From the NCBI GenBank assembly GCA_013115125.1, contig JABANN010000058.1, positions 1 through 64,000 on the forward strand: a stretch of DNA of 64,000 nt, in the 5' to 3' direction. The translations under genes were made by a program, and so were the position numbers. Source of the DNA: Perkinsus olseni (Eukaryota). Below the pieces are notes generated by a model. The model saw only the letters and a list, made by a program, of their open reading frames with translations. It had not been told where the DNA came from and did no database searches. Below are positions 26,055 to 38,258 of the stretch, one piece after another (the stretch's first letter is position 1; each line of letters opens with the position of its first letter).

Positions 26055-27201
26055 CTATGAAAGCCAATGGATGGCATACAGCACAGTCTCCAGAGCATTG
26101 ATGGCCCCACCTCGTATTCTTTGGAGTTTCCCCTCGGCCGCATAGACAGGATCTGTGTTATGTATGATGCACCTCTTCACCATCGACGGCTCGACGTCCA
26201 TGGATAATAGGATAGCGGCAAGACCAGCGACAATCGGAGTCGAAGCCGACGAGCCGCCGAAGGTCCGCTCGTTACCGTCTTTGTCAACGCCTGCGAGGAT
26301 ATCGTAACCGTAAGCTGCGACGTCGACTCTGTCGCCCCAGTTGGAGTTAGCGTGGAAAGTATCTCGACCGTTATTATCCATACCAAGATGTTAGACGCCT
26401 CTTCAGCCCAGTTGCCAGCTCCGGACCCTTCTGTTGTGCAGCAGCAAGAGCCTGCCACAACATAGCCTTTTCGCTATAGTTCATGTAACTTAGTCCATAA
26501 GCCAAGGACATCGAAATGACATCTACTTCCAAATCCATGGCCATGTTCAGAGCGGCGAAGAACTTAGACAGAGGAGCTGCGCCGTTATCGCCTACCATCT
26601 GTAGGGGTACCAGTGTGACGTTGGGAGCCACGCCAGCTATACCAACCGAGTTGTTCCCCTTAGCAGCCAGGATTTTGCATACGGGCGTGCCATGATCGTA
26701 ACCGTTGGTCAGAACTGAGGAGTTGGTGAAGAAGTTCCATCCACCTTCCAAGTAGCCGCCGCTCTTCTTTCTCAGTCTTCCCTTCAGCGGAGCGAAGTCG
26801 AGGTCGGTCCAGTCGATACCGGAGTCCAGAACGGCCACTTTAACATTCCAAGTGACATGGGGAGAGGCGAGCCGCCAGACTTCGCCCATTTTCATCAACT
26901 TCAGATGCCTCTGGTCCCGGGCATAAGGATCGTTCACGTGCAGATGAGTGTCCAGCTGGCTAGTGACGGCGGCGTTGACATCTTCAGCGCAGTCAGACTG
27001 CAATGACAGCTTGCTGCTGGCCGATGTAACGAAGCTGCAGAGAGCCTCGCTGTCGATGGTGTGAGGTGGAGTCTGAACCACCTGGGAGTGGACATATTCA
27101 AGAGTGGTGATCTCAGCGGTGTCTAAGAAGGAGGCAACTTCCGGGTCGGGAGTGTGACCGGCCCTTGCCAGCATTCCAGGCAGCCGACGAACGTCAACAT
27201 C
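26055..27201 (-). pseudogene. Subtilisin pseudogene (5'-truncated, two internal deletions with frameshifts)
   Basis: Has VAVLDSGID, DHGT and GGSSASTP. Residues after QQKG and after ASNI are missing and the frame shifts at about 26390-26430. Homology to the paralogues stops at about 27201, so there is no signal peptide. Confidence 0.85.
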
Positions 27202-27479
27202 TTGAACGAGGAGATGCGCATAGGGAAGGCAGAAAAACCGCGGTGGAACCTGAGAGGCTACGAGGATGGCCAGTGGATAGAAAACTCGATATCAAGACTA
27301 ATAAGGGCGACCAGCCTCGCAGAGCCTTCAGCGACCTATCAGGGATAACAAAAGCGATTGGCAGGATCGAGACGGGACGTTCAGCGAGACGGCAGAGTGA
27401 CGCAGTCGCACGAGCCCGTGCCCCCGTCATGCTAAGATACAGTCCCCCCCGCTGGCAGAGACATCGGGTACTTGAAGGC

Positions 27480-28200
27480 ATGGTTGAAATGAGTCAATAG
27501 TGCTCATGATGAGTGTCCAGTGTCTTTCGCTGTAGTCCTCGGTTGCGTTGAATTCAACAGGCTGTTGAGACGCCAGAACGATGCGAGGAATTGGGGATGA
27601 TGATGGTGGTGCAGGACGTAACGCAACATGACGATGGGGCCACCACGCTGCTACATTAAGCACACATCTGCCAACTTATCATGCTCACATTATCATTCTC
27701 GTTGACAGACTCGCGGGGGTACCTACTCAGCATCACCTTTCGGATCCTCCCGTTCACATGCAGGTAACTCACCGAGGCCGTGCGGTGTCTCTTTTGCCAT
27801 CGTGGATGAGATAGACCAGCGCTTCGCTCACTGTGCGGCTTCTCGTCGTCGGAGTCCAACGCTCGGGACACTTCCTCCAGCAGATGGTCGGCGTTGCTCT
27901 TCAACTTCATCCCGAAGCGAGAAACGCTATCCCATACCCAACCTGCTGAGAGCAGGCTGCGGATGGGGCGCTCTCGCAGTGCTCAACTCACCCGCGTTCT
28001 CCTTTGCCTCGTCGAACCATTCCTGCCATACCGCATGACCGTCCTACCGAGCGGAAGTTAGATTGCCAGCAACTTCACGATGCTGGTCCACGTTACCGAG
28101 CCTCGGCGCAGGCGCTTCGACGTATCCTCTCGGAGAGCTCCTACAGACTTGCTGCGCTGCAAAGACCTCTTCTCACCAGTTTTCTCTGGGAGCCTGCGGA
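27480..28200 (-). mobile_element. Decayed hAT transposase remnant
   Basis: LCSAASL (C.aH.L), VTWTSIVKLL (TRWNS..ML) and AAWW...PRIVLASQ..ATEDYSERHW (hAT dimerisation WW...LA..AtS..sER.F) occur in order across broken frames. Confidence 0.5.
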
Positions 28201-29429
28201 ATACTCGCAGATGAGTTTTTGCGAACCGATGGTCTACTCGCTAAGCGTATGTGCTGTCCGCCTTCGCCGTCTATGGGCCGTTTCCACTGTCATCCTTGAA
28301 GGAAGAGCCCCGGCCTCCCGCTCTCCGCGATGCATAGCTGATGCCACCGTCGTCTCCGACACCGATACGAGGCTGTAACTGCTTGACCACTGAACCCTAT
28401 CAAGGTGTGGCATTCATCCCACTCCAGTCGGGGTTCCTCGCGTTTCTTCCTAGGTGTACTTCGCCGAGAATGCCGGAGGCTGGCTTCGTGTGCTCGTGAT
28501 TCGAAATCTGGTTGCGGCTGTAAGATAGGACTCAGCCGTCAGTCCGACCTCGGATAGTCTCGCGGGGAGCCTTCAGGCCTCCTTTTCCAGCCGCCGTTAC
28601 ATCGTAAGGGAAGTCCTAATGAAGGATGCCAGATAGCTGTCGGCTCGCAATCGGTAGCTTGTCTGACATTGCAGTGTAGAGAGGCGCGAGCATCGACCTC
28701 GGCCGCTGTCGGGCTGCTCTCGTAAAACGCATGCTGAGAGCAAACGCTACTATCATCGTTGACCTTTGTCAAGCTGCTATCCTTACTGGGCACTCTGACT
28801 CTAATCGGTGACGATACCTCTGTAGTTTGTCATGCAGTTCAGAAGGGGGCATTTAGTGTAAACAATCTGGTGCATAGCGGACTAGGAAGATCCCTACCCA
28901 AAATACGAAGGAGTAACCGGAAACGAGATATTCCGTGAGGAAGTCCACGAATGGCCACGCGTCGGGTCGATAATTTGATGGCAGGCAAGCCACGATGGGT
29001 GCCACGCGTCTCAAGGGTTGCTTGCTAACACCGCTGAAACGGTCGAACTTCGACCGTCGATATGAGAGGATGAGAAGAAACGACGTTAATAATGACTGAT
29101 TCTGATGACAACGATGGCGGGAACATCACAATTACGGGGGACTTCATCGAAGACGTTAAGCCGTCCCAACGGAGTTGAGTTGGTCGAGATGTAGCGAATT
29201 ACCACCGCCCGGTCGCGGCAAAGACCGTTTGAAAGTAGAAGACCGTCGGCTACGGTAGACCCTAGTTGGAGCGTCACGAGAGCTTATCCGCGAGATATGA
29301 CCCGTACGGTGTCGAGCACATTCACACGATGGTTCCCACGGCCGAGAGGGTCCACTGGGGCACTATCATCATTGACAAACTCTTCGTCTTTGAGTGCTAA
29401 AAACTGGGACTCTCTCGATAAGACATGGT

Positions 29430-32381
29430 CTACAAAGAAAGGCTGCCTTCCCTAAAATCACTGCTCGAAAGCATCGCGTTGATGAGAACTGGGCCGCGGC
29501 ACTGCAGGGCGGCCTGCGAGTATGAAAACTGGATGGCTAGTGGAGAGCACGTTAGCTTACCGTTCGCGCCATGCTGAGGATATCCTCAACCTCGGAGTCC
29601 CTCTCGAGGAGGAAGCTTACGTTGCCGCCAAAACCCTCGGCAGCGGTATGATAATTAACGTGAGCGCCTGAGAGATTCCCATGGCCGGAAATGGTTGGTG
29701 GAAGACCTCACCCAGTACGGCCGCCACAGGATCCTTCAGAAGCCGTACTTGATCTCGGTACCTAGCCCGGGTCATAGCCACAGCAGCGGCTGAACGGTCC
29801 GGTACATCTGGTTCCACTTTCCATCATTCCCAACGATCGCCACGCACGGTATTCTGTGCCGCTTCATGGTCTCGAACTCGGCCAGAGACCATCCGACGCT
29901 GCCGTCGCCCCACAGGATCCACACGGGCTCTGGCGTCGATTCACCTGAATGGACCAACCCTCATCATACAGACTAGAAAAATTTAGTCTTCCACTGGGGG
30001 GGGGCAGATCATGCGCATTTTTATGTTAAATACCTCACTAGCGGGATACGTCGAGGCCTCCAAGAGTTGCCCATTGCGTATGAGACGAGGCTGCTCACCT
30101 GCCAGGACCCCAGCTGCTACTGCGAAGCCTCCACCAACGCCCAGAGTCCCGAACACTCCAGGGTCAAGCCAGCCCAAGGCTCGCACTGGCCGGACGCAGT
30201 ATCTGCGACGGTGAGATGAGCGGACCGGTTGCCGGCGGTGCCCGGAATGAAGAGCAGAGGGCGGAGAAGCTTACGAAGCCGTGCCCACAAAGTCCCCTCC
30301 GTCTGCAACGATGGTGGCCTCTGAGCCACACCGCTGCAACAACTTGTCCAGAGCCTTCAGCAGCCTAACGGGGTTCACCCGATCCTCCTGTCCCGACTGC
30401 TGGACGCCTGAGCCGAAGGGATGGAAGCACTGGGTTACGGCTCAGCCCACCCGATGCGGCTATCTCCTTCTCCCGTTGTGCTTCGCGTTCTCGGCAAGTC
30501 GCTGTCCATTCGGGCCACGCTGGTTTGCGGCTCTTTCGTGTCACCACCATTGCCAGGTCCCGCAGGAACCGACTCGGGCAAGCATGTAAGTATCTAGCAT
30601 TGAGTGGATTGTCGCTGGAGGCCTAACACGGTCCTTCACACTGATTGGCGGCTCTCATGTCGCTGTTCTTCTTCAGAAGGTCCTTGTTGCTGTTGCAGAT
30701 GATAAGAGTGGCATTAACGTTGACACTCCGTCCGTAGTTGAGGCGGAAGTCCAGCGGGGTTCCTGAAATCCAAGCGCAGGAGTGCCGGGGGCAATAAGAC
30801 AAAACGACTACTACCGGCGATGACCACCAAGTCCGCTTCCTTCAACGCCGCGCCACGCATGTGCATCATCTGTGGGCTGTTGCTACTCGTTCCGAAGAGG
30901 CCCCGGCACATACCCGACACCCACACTGGCACCTGACCGATCGAGTTCGAGGGCTGGTCTGAAAGGATACTGTAAAGAGGAGGACCTGTAGGAGGATGAG
31001 GGCCTCTCGTAGTTGCCCGATATGGGCTACGTCCTGGGCCGCCTGTGAGCCGACCACGATGACCTGAGCTACGGTGACGGAGAGATGATGCAGCTTCCGT
31101 AGCGTACTGGTCGCTTAGCCTTGTACAGCAGCTTGGCCACCCTTGCCACCACACTAGGGGACGCTAGCGGTCGCGCGAGTTGGACCATCTTGTGAGAGCT
31201 AGGCCTCGGGATGACAGCCGCTGGTGAGCCTTCAAAGTACTGCCCGAAAATGGAGTCCACGTACTTGTTGAGGTACCAGCGCTGTAGGTAGGCTGACAGA
31301 CCTCGCTGCGATGGACCGCCAGAGGCAATCACTGAGGGAGAGGGAGCGTGCAATGGGAGCAGGCCGATAGTCGCAGGCCTACTCGTCTCGGCCATCGACC
31401 TCGGCCATAGAACGTCCAGTGGGAACTCAAGAAAGACTGGCCCGGGCGCAGGATTGTAACTGAGGGGCAACTGTATAGTGGCCAATGGTGGGCTCAAGAT
31501 TCCCACCTCGCGGCAACCTTTGCTGCACCTAAAACCGCTGGTATTATATCTTTCACACATTTCAACGTCGTTTGGCTCTTCACAGCGGACTTGACCTGAG
31601 TGAGGGTGCAAATCTTGACGCCTGCATCACGTTGGCAATGCCAGATTTTCCTCGAAGACACCAGCCTGTTACCAGAGCCTGCTGATCGATATCTTGAAGA
31701 CTACCCCTTCCCTTCAGTATCATAGAAGTGGCACCGGCCAGGACTATCTGTCACTCAGGAGACTGCCGAGAGCACAGCTGCTGGAAGCATCACTTACTAT
31801 CGGGACTTCAGCCATCCTAGCATTCACAATAGCAGTCATAGCGTTGGTGAGACCAGGTCCGGCCGTGACCGCACAGACACCCCGGGAAGAGAGGGATATG
31901 ACGGCCATCAAGATGAGTGTTAGCGCCACCTACAATGTTGCCGGTGAGCCTAGCGTAAGCATCTGCGGCGAAGACGGCGGCCTTCTCGTCACGGGTCTGG
32001 AACGGGTAGGAGTACCAACAAACGGCCACTTCGTGCTCACATCGACGACTTTGATACCGACGGCGTTGCAGCCGACCAGTATCGGTGAGATATGACCACC
32101 AGTGAGGGTGAAGATATGGCCGACCCCCAGGGCACGGATAGCCAGGGCCACCAGGACTCCTAAGGACGACGACGCAACTGAGCGATCGCCGCTGACAGAC
32201 TCCCCCTACCGCCATGCCGATGCTGGTCAGGGATGTCGGTCACAGAGCCCCACTCAGGAGGGCTGGCCGCTACGTGGCTTGCAACGGTAGCTAGGCGGGA
32301 GGACATAACCGAAGGTCTACTGTTCTCCAAACTCGGACCGCGGTAACCCCACCACGATCGGGGATGCTCGTCGGCACCCAT
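29430..32381 (-). CDS. ILVBL: Acetolactate synthase-like ThDP-dependent enzyme (ILVBL/HACL2 type), multi-exon
   Basis: [68 protein letters not shown], ThDP motif WGDGSVG...VGND, and C-terminal DFREGSLSL. Confidence 0.92.
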
Positions 32382-32495
32382 TAGCTATGACACGACTCAA
32401 ACGCAAGCGCGTGGAGGGGTTCAAGCCGAAGAATGGTATTGTGGAGTCAAGCGGTAAAAATGTGTCTATGGACGGTACCCAGAGGGGAGAGGCTA

Positions 32496-33550
32496 TCAGC
32501 AGCTCACTCTAACCCTTCGGCCGCTGCTGCCCTCTTGTCCTTCCGCGTGAGAGAACCTGACAGCCGACTCTAACGCACTGTGACGTATCGTGATGGAAGA
32601 CTCACCTGATTCGAGATCAGTGAGCTTAGATGACACTCTGCTGCTGCTCTCCTTCATCTCCACGCTTGAAGTCTCTGAGAGGAGCATGCTACATCGGGAG
32701 CCGATGTCCGGTCAAGGAGGCAGTTGACATCGCTCGAAGACCAGGGATGGTCCACATTGTGGACTCCACAACCCGGCCAACCTCCCGCTGACCGTGTGCG
32801 AGTCCTGTTAGCCTACCTGGAACTTCACCACTGTCCGTATGTTGTAGACCCCGCTGGGTGACAGCATACTCCGGGTCATCCTCCCGCACAGCCATCTCAA
32901 CAGTCGTTTCTGGGTTTCTCCTGCTCCGACTGAAGATGCACCTGCGAGGGGCTGCCGACGTCAGAGCCGCACAGGGAAGACCTACTTGAGGAAGGAGAGG
33001 TCGTAGGGGAGGTAACCCCAGCACCACATTATCACCACGATCTGTGTCACGCCCAGTGTCTGAAGGGAGCCATTGCTATGGCGACAGAGGGAGGCCGGTG
33101 CCACTGCGAACTTACGTAGCCCACGACGCTCGGAAGGAAGATAACGTGGTCGTTGACATAGAAGCCAAACATGCTCCACAGCATGTTACCTGGCCAATTG
33201 CAAGATCATCCAACACGAGTTACGAATGGGACGGTACGCTACCTAGGACCATGTTGAGGGATATGGGCAAGGGGATGCTGTCAGCGTTACGGCTGTCCAG
33301 AACAGCACCCAGACGGGCTAGTGGAGAGGCACTGAGGATGATACCCTGCAGGCACATGGCGAAGCCTGAAGGGACCGTCGATTGACGAGACGGACTCGGT
33401 ACCATCGAGCGTACCAACGACCCTAGTGGGTATGATAGATAATATGGTTAGAGTGAGGCATGCAAGACAGGTGGCTAAGAGGGCAGAGTACAGCGGGGGC
33501 GGCACTGGTGACGACACTGCTGCCCCGTCCAAGTCAGGGAGGGATTTCAT
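32496..33550 (-). CDS. SWEET/MtN3-like transporter; apparently only the C-terminal repeat is recognisable
   Basis: Spliced SASPLARLGAVLDSRNADSIPLPISLNMVLG|NMLWSMFGFYVNDHVIFLPSVVGY|TLGVTQIVVIMW matches the MtN3 repeat pattern. 5' structure unclear. Confidence 0.65.
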
Positions 33551-35717
33551 AGACGACCGCCTGTCGGCACTGCGACCGGACCTGACCATCGTATGAACAT
33601 TCTACTGCCCAAAGCCATTGAAAAACCTACTTCTCCCCAGCCTCCTCAGCATCACCGGCAGTCGATGCCGCCGCGCCGGATATCCATCGTGCCGCTGCCA
33701 TCCACAACGCTTGGGTTGTCAGACCGAAAAGATTGGTGGCCCATATCGGAGGGGAGTTTACCGAGACGCCATAGGAGATGGATATTAGACAGAGGAAGGC
33801 CTGAGACGGAGGACCCTATCCTTGCAGCTACCATCCCGAAACCAGCTACAGTACCTGGCTGAGCAGGAAGGGCATAGGCAAGTTGGACGCGTCTCGAGCC
33901 TTGAACGCTTGAACCACGCTACTGATAGGGGTGATGTACCTGATAGAGGTTCCACGAAGAGCCCCCCTCCAATATTCACCAATTTTACCGCAAAATTTGG
34001 TACTACGCCTCGGGAGGGACTCGCATACTGTTATGCCCTGTTAAACAACCAATATAGTCATTCATACGGCTCTGGAACCCAGAGTCTGGACACTCTCGCG
34101 GAGAATCGATCAATACGGACGAGACAATTGATGTCGACTATCAGACTGATAGTCCAGTCTGCAGTTTTTTCTATAGTCCCGGCGTTACTAAATCCTGGTA
34201 GTATTACCCGACAAAGGAGATAAGGGGGCAGAGGACAGACAGAACGGCTAGCAACCTTGCCCGGGCGTGGAATACCAGCAGGACCTGCACAGGGACGCTC
34301 GAGGCAAGTGACGAGAAGTTCCTATAGGAGCACCTCTGTAAAAATGAACAACGCCCAGTCAGCGGTGATGAGGGTGGCCAGGAACATCACAGCAGATACT
34401 GAGGGCCGCCGAAGGACCCAGCTGAGTCTTGTCCGACTTGGGACAAACGAAGACAACATCGTGAAAAATCGAACCTGCGACACGGAGTTGATACCGGTCA
34501 GTGCCTCTACTGGTCTCAAGGCTGGTACGAGAAACTCAACACTAAGTTTGTAGAACACCGGAAGGGATAGTTAGTGTAGTAGTAAGTCATGATCATTTGG
34601 CCTTCTTAAGTGCGTGATAGTGGGCTTCGCTAGAACTCAGCAAAAGCCGCGACCTCTTGAGTCGTCGGTCAATGAGAGTCGACTGAGTTCGCATCTGAAG
34701 GACGGCAACCTCTTGAACGGTATAACTATGAGATTCTCAGTGCAGAGCTAGCAACGCCTGTTGCTATGTAAGCGGCCGAGCAGTTGCCACCAATAAGATT
34801 ACGATCCCTCGCCCGAGACCGGATCGGTGGTGCACTCAGACTCTGAGTCTCAGAGCATAATACGCGCTGTGCCTTCGCAAGGAAGGCGTTTGAAGTAGCG
34901 GCATGACCAACCAGCCATTTCGCTGGGGACCGGCAGTAGTCCATTTCGACGATCCCATCTTGTAACACTAAGTGGAGTCCTTCGCACGGGAAAAGTCCGC
35001 CCGATCATTTGCGACACTCGCAAGAATCCAACCCACGGAGAGCCTCCTTTACCACGTGAAGTTGCCGCTCCCTAGCTGCCTTATTGGCATCCCTCTGTAC
35101 GAATCGCAAATGGCCGTGGCTCGGCCGGCCGTGTCGCTTGAACCACTCCTTCAGAGTATCTACCGCACCACCACCGCATACCCTACGATAGACACCAGCT
35201 CGTAGACGGGTCTGCCCACCCATGGGAAGGAAGCCCTCCTCTCCAAGAACTAGTGATGGATCCTCGTAGTAGTCCGAGTTGGGCAGCTCCCGCCTCCTAT
35301 GCGAGTCTGTTAGGCATCTACTCAAAGGCCGGAGGACCTGCATAGCACTTCACGTATACGAGGTAGGGATGCTCCTCACGAAAGGCGAGATTGAGCTCCG
35401 TTCCGCTCCGTCGGACTGAGCGGTGAACCAAGCACTAAGAGTACCCGGAGGGTTGGGGACCCAAACTGAAGCAGGCCACGGTGAGTTGAATAATAAGAAC
35501 GCGCAGGTGGTTTCTCATTCAACGACCAATTACTACCGTATGGCACGTATCTATCCACGGTCGGAGTCGATACAGATTTGGCTGGGCCCGTGGGAAGGTG
35601 GAATAATCGCAGCTCAGGCATGGTGAATGGGATTTTGAAGGGGGCTGACGACAGATCCTCGGCCGTTTAGACTGCGTTACGGACTCAGCACAGAGGTGAA
35701 GGTGAGAAACTAAACAT

Positions 35718-36765
35718 TCACTCGGTGAGGGGTATCTTAGGCTGGACACGCCTGAGCTCCCCTTGGTTGATGTTATCAACCGCAGTCCTGTGCTGATTGG
35801 GTGGGAATCCCACCAAAGCTGTCTGGAGGATCTGCAGCACATCTCCGTGCGTGACCAGCACAAGGGTCTTGCAACCACTCTGAGACACGAAATAAGGATG
35901 CAAAACAACGTTTCGTCAGAAGTGATGGAGACGCACACGCTGCAGCCATCTAGGAGGAACTGGCGCGCCAAGTACAGCAAGGCAACAGAACGAAGAGAAT
36001 GCTGAAGGGGAAGCCAGTGACAAGTCTCACTGAAGGGCGCCGATTAACAAATCCTTCCGAGACACTGTCAAAGAGTTAACGAACAAGCGAGGGATGGCCG
36101 CTAGCGTAACCGGTACGGCGTGCAACCCTAGCACCGAGAGATTGCTCTCACAGTAATCACTAGCCCGTCCTCCGAGCCCAAGACGGAAATAATCACCACG
36201 TCAAGTTCCGTGTAGCAAACCGAGGAACTACGACCAAGTGATCTCGTTCCCGTGTAATACCTTCATCTGGTCCTTCACCACAGCCACGCTCCTAGCCGCC
36301 ACGCTGTCGGCTGATTCTGCCCCATAGTCCTCGAGGCTCTCGTTCTGAGCATCCCTCTCCCACACTTTCGCATAGGACCCGTCAGAGGTCATGTCGATCG
36401 ACCCAAAGTATCTTTCTCGCAGCCGAGTGTCGAATTGGATCCGATCCACAGGGAACCCCACTTCTGAAGCAAACAACTCCGCCGTTTGTCTGGTCCGTAG
36501 GAAATCCGATGACACTATTTCCATCTGAAAAACAGATTATGCAGGATAGTGGTCGATCGGACGCCCATACGTTCGGAGTAGCGTCCCCGTACTCGCGGAG
36601 AAAGCCTCTAGCGGAGGCCATCACTTGCTCCCGGCCAGCATCAGTAAGGCCATAGGAGCTGCAGCCCACTTCGGGATTGCTGACGATCAAGTTGGCTACA
36701 TTGGCTTCTGATTGGCCGTGGCGGATGAGGAATATCGAGGATGTTGGTGAGGTTGTCTTGGGCAT
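35718..36765 (-). CDS. Histidine phosphatase / phosphoglycerate mutase family protein
   Basis: IFLIRHGQSEAN, GLTDAGREQ, VSSDFLRTRQTA, RLRERYFG, LVLVTHGDVLQ. Two introns. Confidence 0.92.
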
Positions 36766-36989
36766 TGAAAACACTATCTGAGTGGGTCTCCATAAATTGT
36801 GAGTGATGGCCGCTGTTACGGTCACGAAAGTGCGCCGTGCGCATGAATGAGAACGAACGCCTTCGGCCACGATGGTCCATCAAGAATGATGGGAGTAGGG
36901 ATCGAGCTACTGAAGGGCTAATAGTCTAAGCCTCAGTCTATCCACACCAGCAGCTTCCAGCTGTTACGAAGAGACGGATCTCGTTCCGA

Positions 36990-37035
36990 GCCACAGAGGA
37001 AGGTCCCCGGTTCGATCCCGGCACCCTGCATTTTT
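36990..37035 (+). pseudogene. tRNA 3'-half fragment (B box, acceptor 3' strand, T run)
   Basis: AGGTCCCCGGTTCGATCCCGGCACCCTGCA followed by TTTTT. No well-formed 5' half or A box upstream. Confidence 0.55.
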
Positions 37036-37090
37036 CTTTGCAGTGCATCCGGACATAAAACCATTACCACATGATCCAACCCCATGCCCA

Positions 37091-37294
37091 ATGACATCAC
37101 CAGCTAGCCCCCTCCCATCCGAGTCCCTCACCTGGGAGGAGCGCATCAATACCGCTGTCTATAAGTTCGACCGTAAACTGCATCATGTGGTCAAGGAAGG
37201 GCTCAGTGGAGAGAACACTTTCTACGCCATTGGGGGAGCAGGGCTGACCTTACTGGCTGCTACGGCTATTGGTGCCTTTACCTTCAGAAGGTGA
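37091..37294 (+). CDS. First exon of a small membrane protein (possibly HIG1-like); continuation uncertain
   Basis: ENTFYAIGGAGLTLLAATAIGAFTFR followed by a GTGAG donor. Confidence 0.4.
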   Translation: MTSPASPLPSESLTWEERINTAVYKFDRKLHHVVKEGLSGENTFYAIGGAGLTLLAATAIGAFTFRR

Positions 37295-38258
37295 GACAGA
37301 TGTAGGGGTTAAGCCCTGCGGGTCCTACTAGTGTTCCTTTCCGGTGGAACTCTCTCCATCGTACCTGCCATTAAATTATGAAATGAAAATTTGTCAGTGA
37401 AATTCAGGCCCTACAGAATCTTCAGGATAATGACGATGCTTCTGACTCTGTTAGGAAAGCGAAGGAATTTGCATGGATGAATCCCGCGGTGTTCGCTCGG
37501 CAAGAGGCTCCTTCCCAAGCGTAAGTGGACGGTTGTTGGTTGAGAGGCGACGCCCCAGGAAGATAGTGGCTCGTCAGGTCCGATTTTCACAAGCCTCAGC
37601 ACTTCATACCATTGGCATCTGCAGTCCTCACCCCTCGCGAGACGGTTAAGCTTTTCGTTCTGCCCTTCATCGTTGTCAGCGGGGGCATCGGGGTCGGATG
37701 GAAGGTACTACACTTACAGGGGGCGGTTCTGTTCCAAGTCGGGGGAACTCGTCGTGAATTGCGATGGCTGCACGGGAACCGCGAAGGGCTCCTCTAACGC
37801 TTTTGTGCTGACGGAGGGTTTTGCATCATGGCACGATTGTTTTGCCCATTATCACCGATACCAATAAGCGTGCTTGGTCGTACTCATCATAAAATGTCAG
37901 TGGGGAGGATTAGGATGTGTCACTCGCGAGAGCACAGAAGTTTCATGCTGATGATCCAGTACGGGTTCTCCTCACTCCGCGCGTACGGAGTTTTTGAAAA
38001 TCTCTTGCGCTCGTGGAGCCCCATGCTCGGCCAGGTAACTCAAGCATGTACAGGCATGCAGCATCCATCGGATCTGGTTGCTACGCTCAAGTGGGTGCAG
38101 GGCGCCGGACCGGTGCCCGAATGGCGCAGAGGACGACAGGCTCCACCGTTGGAGTGAAATATTGGTTTTATGAGTGTTTCTTGCCTAGACCAGTTGGATG
38201 GGTTATCCTAATGCCGGCGGATGGACGCGTTGCGGCTTTTCAGTGTTTTCTATCCGCT

